This document shows, piece after piece, positions 12,245-24,700 of a DNA stretch of 64,000 bases. Every line of letters starts with the position of its first letter. Within the stretch, counting starts at the first letter, position 1. The notes beneath the pieces are model-generated. The model searched no databases. It worked only from the letters and a program-made list of their open reading frames with translations, and was not told the DNA's origin. The DNA comes from Laetmonice hystrix. Taxonomy: Eukaryota. The stretch spans positions 18,166,001 through 18,230,000 of the forward strand of contig OZ249438.1 of assembly GCA_965235115.1 (NCBI GenBank), in the 5' to 3' direction. The position numbers were made by a program, and so were the translations under genes.

Positions 12245-12802
12245 CTACAACAACAACAAGATCACAACAATAAGAACACGCATCTGTAGACAGTGTTTCT
12301 ATGGAAAGATGTCACAGTCACTGGTCATATCTAACATGTGAAGGTCTTTCTGTTATGCCACCAATCTTTCTCCCTCGTCAATCAACACAGGCCTTTCACC
12401 CTACTACAGGTACACTGCACAGTCTGTAAAGTGATCAAAGCATTGTCACAACATGATGTTGAATGCAAAAAGAACTAGACCCCGTCGGAGTCACAGCCCC
12501 CAACTGAGTAGGAACAAATTTTCTGTGGGTCCAGGAACTATGTGTACTTTTGGCACGCTTGTTACCCCTCATGCTTTCTGTCAGCAAGAACGAAATCCAG
12601 AAAATGTCAGAGTTATCGCTTCGAATTTCTTTATATCCAAGATGGCCACGAAGCAGCCATTTTTAATGATATGTTTGACCTGTATCCTCCCTATAGACTG
12701 TCCCTGGTTATTATGTAATGTTTCACGCAAGATTAGATGCTGTTATCTTCAACTGGTTTGGAGGTACAGGCCATTAAAATATGCATGACCTTTCAAGGTC
12801 GC

Positions 12803-13776
12803 TCAAGGTCATGGAAAATGGCGCCAAATCAAACTTCATATATGACTTCCTATCTGTCAATAATAGTAACTATTGCCTTATATTGCACCGTTTTCGAGAT
12901 ATGAGCCAAAACAGTGTTATTGGGGGGGGGGGGGGGATATTAATATGGCCGCCATGTCGCCATATTTGCTCTGATCTGGCAATGTATTGGCACACACATT
13001 GCCCCTCATATGCACCTTCTTTCCACCAAATTTTAAAGACATCAGGATCGTTTTGTCTGAGGTATTGCTCCAAATGTGTTTATATCCAAGATGGCCACCA
13101 CACGGCCATTTTGACTGATGTCAAAAATATCATTGACCTGCATCTTCAACTGTTTTGAAGATCCAGGCTATTGAAAAAATGCATGACCTTGATTGACCTT
13201 TCAAGGTCGCTCACGGTCATGGAAAATGGCGCCAAATGAAACTTCATAATTATATGACTTCCTAATCTATAAATAACACCTGACCTCAAATGACCTTGAA
13301 ATGTCAACCCAAGGTCAAATATAATGGTGTCAAAAGATTCCCCATATATGACTTCCTATTCGCTCCCCATAGTAACTTTACCCACACCTCGCCCCATTGT
13401 CAAGTTATACGCCACTAAAGTCTAATGACATTGCCAACAACACAAACATGGCTGCCGATCGGCCATATTGGATCCAAACTGAAAACAAAATGACGTGTAT
13501 GTTTGCCCCATGAACCCCTATCGTTGTGCCAAGTTTGAATGAAAATGGTATTCTTTTAACAGAGATATGCCTGTATATGTCTATTTTGCCAATATGGCTG
13601 TCGAGCGGCCATCTTGGACGCACTCTTCAAAATCTTGATCATGGTGAATTGTAATATAAAACTCTCTTTGCATAATGCATCGTAGCACTAAAGGACTTGA
13701 AGAACACCATTTCTGACATAGTGATCCTTAATAAACACCTGACCTCAAATGACCTTGAAATGTCAACCCAAGGTCA
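12803..13776. promoter_or_regulatory. Cluster of ERR-response-element (TCAAGGTCA) and DR4 motifs; function untested
   Basis: TCAAGGTCA at 12803-12811 (+). TGACCTTGA at 13184-13192, 13291-13299 and 13750-13758 (-). CCAAGGTCA at ~13309 and 13768. Perfect TGACCT-n4-TGACCT at 13184, 13281 and 13740. The motifs are seen directly; binding is inference. Confidence 0.4.
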
Positions 13777-14180
13777 AATATAATGGTGTCAAAAGATTCC
13801 TCATATGACTTCCTATTCGCTCCCCATAGTAACTTTACCCACACCTCGCCTCATTGTCAAGTTATATGCCACTAAAGTCTAATGACATTGCCAACAACAC
13901 AAACATGGCTGCCGATCGGCCATATTGGATCCGAACTGAAAACAAAATGACGTGTATGTTTGCCCCATGAACCCCTATCGTTGTGCCAAGTTTGAATGAA
14001 AATGGTATTCTTTTAACAGAGATATCGCTGTAAATGTGTATTTCACCAATATGGCTGCCAGGCGGCCATCTTGGATCGTATCAAAAAATCCTTTGACGTG
14101 CATCATGCCAGGATGGTACCTGATCTTGTGTGCAAATATGAAAATGATTGTTCCGCACGTTTCTGAGATATCGCTGTTCA

Positions 14181-14229
14181 CGGACGGACGGACGGACGGA
14201 CGGACGTACGGACGGACGGACGGACGGAC
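14181..14229. repeat. (CGGA)n/(GGAC)n microsatellite inside the HINE-like element
   Basis: About 12 tetramer copies with one CGTA variant. Confidence 0.95.
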
Positions 14230-17067
14230 AGAGGGTGAATCATAAGCCCCCAAAACCCGATGGGTTTGGGGGCTAAAAAAGAAATTAGACAAGATAGTCT
14301 TTTAAAGTCCAAAGCTCGCGATGACCATCATAAGATAAATTATACCTCTTGCTCCATTTTTCTTATTCAATTCTTCAGGTCATCAGGCTGGATATATGTT
14401 CGTGAAAAACACTGAATATTGGATTAGTTGAGAGTTGAGTCGGAAGCACTTTACCCAGTTTGAGGCCTGACGTCTGGCCTTTCTGAGCTGGGTCGATTGG
14501 TCTAAGGGGCAGCACGAGGTCTGACATAGGATCACCTATGCCATAGCATGAGTGAGCTTAATTAGACCGCCCCTCCCCCGCTCGTTTCATCATGCCAGCT
14601 TGCAATCTGTGCCCCGCTCAACGAGTGAGATATAGCATGTGGAATCGTCCCACCCCACACCATACAATAGACCGCTACCCTGGAAGGTAGGGGTGAGCTC
14701 CCTGGCTTGGCAACATGCCAACTTCCCTCTTACAATCAACACCGCACGTACTCGATCCCTAGACTAGCCGCAGTCAACCGCTACTAAACAATTCACTCAC
14801 ACACGACCATATAAATCAGGCATCAATGGTTTTTCCCCCGGTAAAATATGCATTAAGTGATCAATCACTGAACAAATACAACCCCTGTTCACCACCTTTC
14901 CAATGGCCCCTTAGAGTTGACAAAAAATCTCAAAATCATTACGCAACACTTTTATAATAATCCGATCATAAAAATACGTTTAAAATAAAATGCAATAAAT
15001 CGAACAATGTTGAATAAGATGCAAAACGAGCGGAAAAACTGCAAACGAGAGTAAATCACCAGAAAATGATATAGAGCGGGTACATAGTATCTATGAATAC
15101 ATTAGGACAGGATGTATACATCATGGAGCCTGGTTGTAAATCCTGACACAGTCTGCCTTCATGTATCAATATCTCACAAGGTTTGATAGAACATTCTTAC
15201 AACATCTTGATCTCTTTGTCACTCGTCCCTCCTCGGCAAGCATAACCGCAAATAAGGAGCTCTAGTTCCAGACTCAAAGACCTTGAACTAACTTCTAAGA
15301 CGGTAACCACGCCCCCCCCCCCCCCCCCCATGTTCACAATAGAATTTGTTTTTATCAGACTACAAAGCCAAGAGTCGTTCTGTCCAAGCACTCCTCTTTC
15401 GTAGACTACTTTAGTTGGATTCCTCTCTATTGGACGTGCTTTATGCTTTATTTATGCGTACATAAAGTATGGCATAAATCTCCGGGCATGCTGCTGGCCA
15501 ACTCGTCCATCTGTAGCATTCTACAGCGGGAAACTACCGCCTCCATCAGTATCTTATCCTGCCTGTCATAAGTCCGACCTCTCATAGAGGCTTGTTTACC
15601 TGCTTCTCCTGCCTCATGTCTCCTGCTTCAAACTCCCTGGTCAAAGGGCAAAGGGAGGAGGGGCAGGGTAGAGCCGAGGTTAGCCGCTACCGCCGGTACT
15701 GCTGCCTACAGTCACTAACTAATAATGAGATCATCAAGTCTAAGTTGTCAGTCGTCGCGCACATTGCCGGGTCTGTCACATGACGAAGGAAAGACCTCTA
15801 TTTCTTGCTATAACAACCACCAAGAAACAGGAACTCCGTTATGAACTCATATTCAGCCAAGCTCCTTCTGTTGCCTGTTTGACTCGCCCATGCCCTTCTC
15901 TCACAGATATACTTTGCTTAAAATGATAATAGATATGGTTAGCTGGTCTTTAAATGCCCTTTTTCTAATCTAAGGCCAGTAACTTAGTCCTAAAAATAAT
16001 AATGGTTTGTGTTTTCAAAAGGGTGGCGTCTAAATGCCCAAACACTGGATTTGACTCACTTTTGTCGTTATTTCGAGAGTAACCAACCATTACTCTCTGT
16101 CCAGGAATGGGCCAGTTAACGGGACTTTCATTATCCCTAGCCTCGTTACCCTCCGGTTTGACACTACAAATTACACAAGAAAGGCGTCAAACATGGGCCA
16201 TCAATCAAAATGCTTAACTTCATACAGACCTGTTTTCAATATCTTAGCAACGCCCACACTGGTGTTGTTCAGTGTATAATAGCTCCTCCCTGGGGCCCGA
16301 TAATGATAAATGATCGAGTCAGAACCATTCGGCTGTACCACCACCACCCGGAGAACGAACGACATACATCAATAAATCTCCATTTCACACCTCAATAGTT
16401 AAACCACTCTAACTTGGTCACTGATAATGCCCTGTATAATATACCGGCTAGTTTTTTGACCATCTAGTTTATGTCAGCATATCCTGTATTTAGTGTTACC
16501 TGCCAAAAACAAAGCGATTTACTACCCCCTAATCCTAAAAGTATACGCCTCACTCATATTCCCTGTCATACAAATTATGCGCAGATATGGTCGATCCTTT
16601 CAAAGAGCAGAACCTTTGTATAGAAATAAATTACGCTGGTGAGGGAAAACATCAGTCTTGATTTTTTTCTCTCTGAGGCGGTGGTTTCGTTCCCTCTCTC
16701 CTCCCGTGCCACGGCCCGGGTTGAGCGCCACCGACTCACGGTTGGTCCATTGGTTGGAGGGCCCACCTTGATAACCCTAGGTAACCCCACCGACACTGGG
16801 ACTTCTCGCCACGCTGGCTGGCCCCGCCGGCCCCCTTCATCATGTCACATGTTTCCCACACTTTTCGGCTATCCTCAAAATTTTGACTCTCTTTCTCTCT
16901 CTCTGCTACTTGCCCTCCTGCTCTGTCCAGTTTACCGGGACGTCACACTACGAGAGCAGGCCAGCGGGACAAAGATTGGGACATTGTATGGGTCCTGGTC
17001 ATAACCCTCTAACATATTAGTGCCAAGTAATCCACACTGCCACGGATAATGCTTCTGCCCTATGCTT

Positions 17068-18192
17068 GGATCTAGGGTATTCGTCCGGCCCACCTATAGG
17101 GCCTGCAACTCGAAGTGGACAGAGTATCCGGCTGTAAGGATCTAGGGTATTCGTCCGGCCCACCTATAGGGCCTGCAACTCGAAGTGGACAGAGTATCCG
17201 GCTGTAAGGATCTAGGGTATTCGTCCGGCCCACCTATAGGGCCTGCAGCTCGAAGTGGACAGAGTATCCAGCTTTAAGGATCTAGGGTATTCGTCCGGCC
17301 CACCTATAGGGCCTGCAGCTCGAAGTGGACAGAGTATCCGGCTGTACGGATCTAGGGTATTCGTCCGGCCCACCTATAGGGCCTGCAGCTCGAAGTGGAC
17401 AGAGTATCCGGCTGTAAGGATCTAGGGTATTCGTCCGGCCCACCTATAGGGCCTGCAGCTCGAAGTGGACAGAGTATCCGGCTGTAAGGATCTAGGGTAT
17501 TCGTCCGGCCCACCTATAGGGCCTGCAACTCGAAGTGGACAGAGTATCCGGCTGTAAGGATCTAGGGTATTCGTCCGGCCCACCTATAGGGCCTGCAGCT
17601 CGAAGTGGACAGAGTATCCAGCTTTAAGGATCTAGGGTATTCGTCCGGCCCACCTATAGGGCCTGCAGCTCGAAGTGGACAGAGTATCCGGCTGTACGGA
17701 TCTAGGGTATTCGTCCGGCCCACCTATAGGGCCTGCAGCTCGAAGTGGACAGAGTATCCGGCTGTAAGGATCTAGGGTATTCGTCCGGCCCACCTATAGG
17801 GCCTGCAGCTCGAAGTGGACAGAGTATCCGGCTGTACGGATCTAGGGTATTCGTCCGGCCCACCTATAGGGCCTGCAGCTCGAAGTGGACAGAGTATCCG
17901 GCTGTAAGGATCTAGGGTATTCGTCCGGCCCACCTATAGGGCCTGCAGTTCGAAGTGGACAGAGTATCCGGCTGTAAGGATCTAGGGTATTCGTCCGGCC
18001 CACCTATAGGGCCTGCAACTCGAAGTGGACAGAGTATCCGGCTGTAAGGATCTAGGGTATTCGTCCGGCCCACCTATAGGGCCTGCAACTCGAAGTGGAC
18101 AGAGTATCCGGCTGTAAGGATCTAGGGTATTCGTCCGGCCCACCTATAGGGCCTGCAACTCAAAGTGGACTTAGTGTATCCAGCTGTAAGGA
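17068..18192. repeat. Tandem minisatellite, 70-bp unit x16
   Basis: Unit ggatctagggtattcgtccggcccacctatagggcctgca(a/g)ctcgaagtggacagagtatccggctgtaa starts every 70 bp from 17068 to 18118. The last copy is degenerate. Confidence 0.97.
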
Positions 18193-18608
18193 GCTCCTCA
18201 GAGCACTCCATCTGTCACTGTCCACCTCTGCTACTCTTCGCCTCCGAAGAAATGAAACTCATTACAAAACATGCCACTGGTTTTACGAGTAGATAACACG
18301 GCCCTGATAGACTATTAACACTTGAGCTTACAGTCCGTCTTTACATAACTTACACGCACCTTCCACCTTATCCCAGCCGATAAGTAAATGTCAGCCGACT
18401 GGACCTACTTGGAGTGAGAGAAGAAAGGTCTTCATGTCGAGGTGGTTGGGCTCGCGACTGGTATTGCAGGTCAGACAGAGATTTATGCAGCAAGGACTGT
18501 ATTAAATTTCACCTTGTCCTCCAACTCACAAACATGTTATCCACTATTTCCCGTACAGTACGACCTCCGATTGATTTACCGGTGCCGATACAGAACATAG
18601 GTATATCG

Positions 18609-18777
18609 CCCATGATAACTTAAAACCCACGAAATTTGATCGAACGTAAAGATCCATAGCCCTGACCTTATCCATGTCCCCTACCCCCGGTCCCTACACC
18701 TAAAAAAAAAACATATCCCTATCCCTGACCTTAACCCGAACCCCTGCCCACAAATTTTGTGGGGAAGTTATCATGGG
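18609..18777. mobile_element. Short inverted-repeat element with internal degenerate CCCTAA/CCTTAA-like repeats (MITE- or HINE-like)
   Basis: Perfect 13-bp inverted repeat cccatgataactt (18609-18621) / aagttatcatggg (18765-18777) around C-rich ccctgacctt/ccttaacccgaacccct motifs. No TSD identified. Confidence 0.45.
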
Positions 18778-21700
18778 GGAATAACCAGGGCAGACAAGTC
18801 GATTTCAGGATGCAGTAAAAAAAAATTCCATGTCTACAGCTTCACTCTCCACCTGTCCTTGGCTGATAAGAAACAAGAATAATATTTCCATTAAAATTAA
18901 ACACGCTATCATATACTTAATGACAGCATCACACTATGACATAAAAGATGATCGCTATATTTCCATCAATAAATCACCGCCAGTATTAGCCGTATAACAT
19001 CCATAACCGAACACCCCCATCACACTGAGTAAAATGTTTACGACGTGGTTCGGCACTAAATGTTAAGACTGAGGGCTGAACAGATTCTCAACTTGTCTTC
19101 CAGTTAGGAGGCTGTTATTGTCCCAGGAGCTGGTGTCGGACTGTTGCCCTCACATCGTCCGTCTCTCCGACCAGCACCTGTAAGAGGTCAATCTTCTACA
19201 GGTGCGCCCTTACCATCACTCCCCGCTAGCCTATCCATCATCCTGCCACAACCTCGCCCCGCTTTCCACACCCCGGCCACATCTTTCCCAACCTATTTTT
19301 GTTGGGGCAAAAGTTGAAGGGGTTTAGAATTGTTTACGGCTAATGTTGTCTAAAAACAAGGCCGCAGATGATGCTTAGGTTGGCTATACTTCCAAGGATG
19401 TTGTTTGTTGTTTCGTAGGTGTTGGTGGTGGTGTTCCGGGTCTCTTAACGTCCCTACCTATACAGTAGACCCATCAGATCTTCCCGCGGCAGCAATTTCC
19501 TTGGACATCTTCCCACTCTACATATATCTGCAGAATTTCTTACAGAATCCCCCCTTCCCACCTCCCCCATGCGGTCACCATTTTTCCCCACCATATTCCT
19601 ACAGCATTTCGCCCTATCATTTTTTACTAGCTGCTACAGGAAGGGCGACTCTTTGTGTCAACAAAAGTATAGACTAAACCTCCACTGGAAACATGATGTT
19701 GGTAGGGCACGTTCTAACGTAACTTACTGGGTATCTCTGCTGCAGGCGAGGCCCAGTCCAGAGACCTTCTGACACCATAGAGTATAGATTAACTATATGG
19801 AAAGTGAGAACTTTGGCATTTGTGCTGCTCCCGCCCTGGGCTCTACCCCATTACATGACAGGCAAACAACTTCTAAAATCTGGACTTTCACATCAATGTA
19901 TGGTATCCGACACAGCTCAGTCATTTCAAGGTTTGTTCTGACAAATCATGGGGATACACTTCGACTGATTCCATCATTACAAAACGCTCCAAGTAGAGAA
20001 ACTGTTAATTAACATCATGTCTTAGACGACATACATGTAATTAACCACTGACAATATTACCTTCCGTTTGAGAGTTATCAGTCAGCCGATAAGATCGGTA
20101 GTGACGCCTACTACAGCGGATATCCCTAAACCAGCTCACTGGGAGGCGGTAGAACACTACTGAACAGTTCCGTCCTGCCCGATGGCTGATAGTCGTATGA
20201 GCAACATGATTAATGATCGTCAGTTTTTAGGTCACTAGTCGTCACACGTTGCTGACATCAATTTGTGACATGTCCTCTCTATGACAGGCTCATATCCCCT
20301 TTTCTGTTTCAGGTCACCATGCACTTATAATCTTCAGTCTGCGGGACTTTTTGAAACCCTTTTGTAACATTTTGGGTTGAGGGCTGGGTTAGCAGGGCTC
20401 TTTTGAATGATGTCAGGCTTGGTAGAGTCATCTTAGAAAAAATCTTAATGACTGACCTAATTTGCTTACATCAAATTGCTCTATTTTCTCTTCATTTCAA
20501 AAGCAGCACAGATCTCGCTGGCAATCATTTTGACAAGTTGTAGATAATTTGTTCTGGCAGTGCCGACAGTAGTGACTCTTAAAATATTCATATTAAAATA
20601 TGCGTTGCAACTGCTAGAAAAACATCAGAAGCTCTCGCTCATTAGGTATGCCTGCAAATCATGTCTGAAACCTTAATATTTCACCGAACTTTAACTTTCC
20701 ACGAATTTCTAATCTGGCCCTTCCTGCGACTTTCTGCTTCAGTGCAGGTTCAAAAAATCATAGAACCCCCATGGAAATCATTCCCGTATGAGGTCAGACA
20801 AGGTGATGGCAACCATTCCTATTACCTTAAATTCTGTGAAAGTATAACCGCATACATTACAAGATCTATACTGATCGAGGTAATGATATTGTCCATGTAA
20901 GTATGACCGTCCTAATCATTGCGACCATAGCGGCAAGAACAAACATTCTACACTTTGCGACTTTCTGGACCAGAAACGTGGTACCTCTTGTGCCCTACAG
21001 GTTTTGACTTTCTGTGTATAATCTTATCGCCAAAGCTGTAGTCATGGTGGATCTATTACTCTTTCAACTCAACAACACAGTTTATTGCTAACAAGCTAGC
21101 TAACACTCCTACAGTAATAAATAATCTTGATATCCTCCCTGAAGCACCAATCCTATCCTTTTTTAAAAAAAAACCTCTCACATATTTTTAATCAGGAGGC
21201 AAATCCCTTCTTTGTGTTTTGGTGATTAAAAGGGCGTAATTGGCATGGTGTCACCAAACTTCCTCATCAATCACAGCCAATTTGTGAGAGCAATGTCCCA
21301 AACATGCATTATAATCAATACCTATAAGAGCCATAACTTGAGCACTAAAACAAGAAACACAAATCTTACAGGTCAGTACGCAAACCTACGTACCGTTTTT
21401 AAAATAGCGTGCGAGTTTATCATTTAACCACCACCTTCCACGTAACGACAGAACGTGTATAAAGGTTACAAAAACGTCTGAAAAATTCATGGTTCACTTC
21501 TGGGTTTTTCATATTTACTTTTTTCTCTGTGCCCGTAGATTGTGTTTTGGCTTTGTTAGGGTTATTGATGTCAATGTATTCAGGTTGACCGATGGGGCTC
21601 GCCATCCTAATTATCCGAATGACACCACGCTCCCATATTTGGATTAAATAGATGGCAGCATGTCTGCACAAACCGTTTGTCTCTGCATGCCAGTAGTAAC

Positions 21701-24700
21701 CATACCATTATTTCCAGGGCAACCAAAGCTACCGGCTCTGCTTGCCTAAAATAGATTTCACAAATTTCATTTGCGCAAACCCGAACGCTGATCCTATCAA
21801 GGAAATAGAGCCAAATCTATCCCCTTGTTATCGTCAACTGGTTCAAAGCAGATTTCCAGAATACTGAATTCTGCTTTTGGTTCTTATTCCTAGTACCTAC
21901 ATATAAATTGTGCCTTGAAATACATGTACGAGCTATATCTGAATGAGTTAACAGCAAACCTGCGCCCGAATTTACATTAAATATTGACTTAATTATTTAT
22001 CCGGCTGTAGGCGTACGTGGGCCATACTTTTTGTGGCCTTTGAGACGGTAGTTGTAGCTAAAACCCGTTTTGAACTTCATTCCTCATATTTTACTTGAGA
22101 TTGAAATGAAGATTACAAGAAACTGGTCCCTCGAGTCATACCTATCACAGGCTATACTTGAAGAGACTGGATTGAGGCTGGATTACCTGTCGTCGGACAA
22201 AATGGCAGCTAACGATGGGTGAGACACTTGGTTACTGTTTATACTCTCAATCCTAGAACAACGACTTGTATACATGTCAGAGTGCCATAGAGTTGGACTG
22301 TCAGAATGACATGACATGTTTTAGGTGTTCCATCTACCGGTACATGTATTGACAATATACATGTACTCTATCGTCACGCATGCACTCACTATCTGACAGG
22401 AGAGATCAAAGTCCTAACAGTCTTTAAACATAAACCGTATTGAAAATCCATTCTCATCAAAAAATGACTTGCACTTGTCAGAGGTGCAGTTTTACTTTTA
22501 CGTAGTGTCAGTCGGCATAAGGATTCTGAGAAGGTAAAAAAGGAAAAAAAGACATCCAATCTTCTGTCGATGCTACTATATACCGTATACGGTTTGGTTT
22601 GGCTCTAAAGTGCTATTAGATTGCGAGCGTTTTCGCTATCACTCTGCATTTATAACCGGCTATATCACATGTGTCACTTGAATAATCCAAGTCCTGTTGT
22701 CAAGAACAGTCTCATACCAACAACCTGGCCGGACATGACGAGAACTAAGCCAACGTTTGCTGTTACTCTCAGGCCACCGTTATCTCAAACTCAAACACGA
22801 AAAACCAGCTGTAGTCTAATCTCCTTATCTTATCTATGTCCGCTACCTACCGTGCCAAATATGGCGGCTTATCACTGGTCACAATCCTTTATTTATGACT
22901 ATGAATTGTCTTGACCACCACTTGAAAGCGAATGCGTGAAATGGAGCATCTAGGGTTGAGTGTACATACAATACTGATGTTGATACAATGTATACCTTTA
23001 TCTGTAACCAATTCCACGTTTACACAACCAAACCTGACTAATACCTCAAGTCTGCCTTCATTCAAGTCAACTTTGTTCTCGAAGCATCAACCATTATATC
23101 TGGTGCAGATCTGAAATTGGTAATACATGTATATGTTCTTTTCTTTTTGCTCACCACAACTATAAATCTGCCTCATCCCGTAACATAACATTCGGGGGGG
23201 GGGGGGGGGGGGGAGATACATGTTAGACCTAGTTTGATGAACTATCAGTATCAAAAAATACAATCCAAAATTACCTTGGCCAACACTCCAAATATTTAGG
23301 CTCTAAACTATAAATTTTTTATTTCCTTCTTTTCTTAAATATATATAGAAAACACTTGAAACGCCATAGTTAAGTGAACCCAATTAGTGATTTCCATATT
23401 TAAGCTTAATATAATGCTACGTAACAAACTAAAGTTACAAATTTATAACCATACTGTTTTGTAGTTAACAACCATTACCACGGTCTGGACGTGTAGAGTA
23501 ACTGCAGTCCCCTCCGAAGGCCAGCAGTTGTCTCACTGGCTTCCCAATGTTCCTTGAGTTCAAGCACTGTTCAAGCCGAATATTTCACCTGACCGCTCTG
23601 CATCCATTTCCTAGACGGCAATTTTTTTCTTTGGTTTCTAGACAGAGGGAGTCTGACTTGCGACCTTTAAACTTTATACCCGTAGTTACTAGGTTTCCAA
23701 GTTTTAATAAATGAGTACTTTGATTCTGAACCGAGGTGTTTCACATTTCTACAGGAAACAGGTTCTAATCTTTTATATGAATAGCCTAAACACCCTGCGG
23801 TCTTTTAAATCTTTTTTAAGATTACGTGTATTGTAACCATTTCAATAATTTTCTGCAAAGAAATGACTACTTCAGGTGCCACCAGCAGAAGTATCTTGGT
23901 TTGAAAACCAGGGGGCAGCACTGAAAGCAGGGTTGAGGAGATGGAGAAAGAGATGAGCAGAGCGGCTGATGTCTGTGCCCCACTGACCTCATTACCGGTG
24001 GGCGGGTAATGAATCCTAGTTTAATCACCACCAACCTGTTGTACGACCAGGAAAACCTAACCGTAGAGTTTATAAGTTTAATAACCAAACTTCCACCACC
24101 ACACCCGCAAACATCATTCTAGGTCGTAGTTTTTAAGTGGTTTGCACCGAAAGGTAAGATGAAAACCATACAAGAAAATAAAAGTCTAACTCTAGTAGAT
24201 ATTTCAACCTATATCATTACTGAGTAACTATAATCATCGAGTAATTCTAACAAGGGAGCAGCGTTGGCAAACACTATATGATGTCTGATAAACCGTATAG
24301 TCTGTATGTAGATCTATTTTTTATATTTTTTTGTTTATACATGTAGATCTAGTTTGTATTGACTTGACCGCGGACGTGAGTATATTGTAGTGACAGCCTG
24401 ATTTCTACAAGTATAACATTGCCATGTGTTGGTGGTGTCAGCATGAGTGAGCCACGTGGCTGACAGCCATGTGCTGGCTATGGTTCAGGTCAATGTAACC
24501 AGTCGGCGGCGGCTGGCCAACTACCGACTTCACCAAGCATTTAGAGAGTTGTGGCAATATTGGATCACTGCCTGACGTCAACTTCTCACCGTGCCTCCTC
24601 CACGCCAGGCTCAATGTTATCATCACACTTCTAGTGTCACTTGGGTTCGCCTCAGTATCAAAGACCAGTGATTACAAGGAGATGGGGACCGGACGGCCGG

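Larger units (their letters stand above)
12590..14280 (+). mobile_element. Helentron-associated non-autonomous element (HINE/DINE-1/Pearl-like) with internal duplications
   Basis: The 3' end has a (GGAC)n microsatellite (14181-14229) followed by a GC stem-loop agcccccaaa-a-ccc-gat-ggg-tttgggggct (14245-14274) and an A-run. There is a ~460-bp internal direct repeat (~13275 and ~13733) and a shorter block repeated at 12781 and ~13180, plus TGACCTT- and aagatggcc/aatatggc-rich motifs. Microsatellite plus terminal hairpin is the known HINE architecture. The 5' boundary is approximate. Confidence 0.7.

Noticed and set aside
11752-12273. 173-aa plus-strand ORF
   Set aside because: It overlaps the ERR zinc-finger exon on the opposite strand and has no recognisable motif, so it is best explained as an antisense shadow.
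5219-18192. CRISPR-like appearance of the 76-bp and 70-bp arrays
   Set aside because: The units are contiguous with no unique spacers, there are no cas genes, and the context is a eukaryotic intron.
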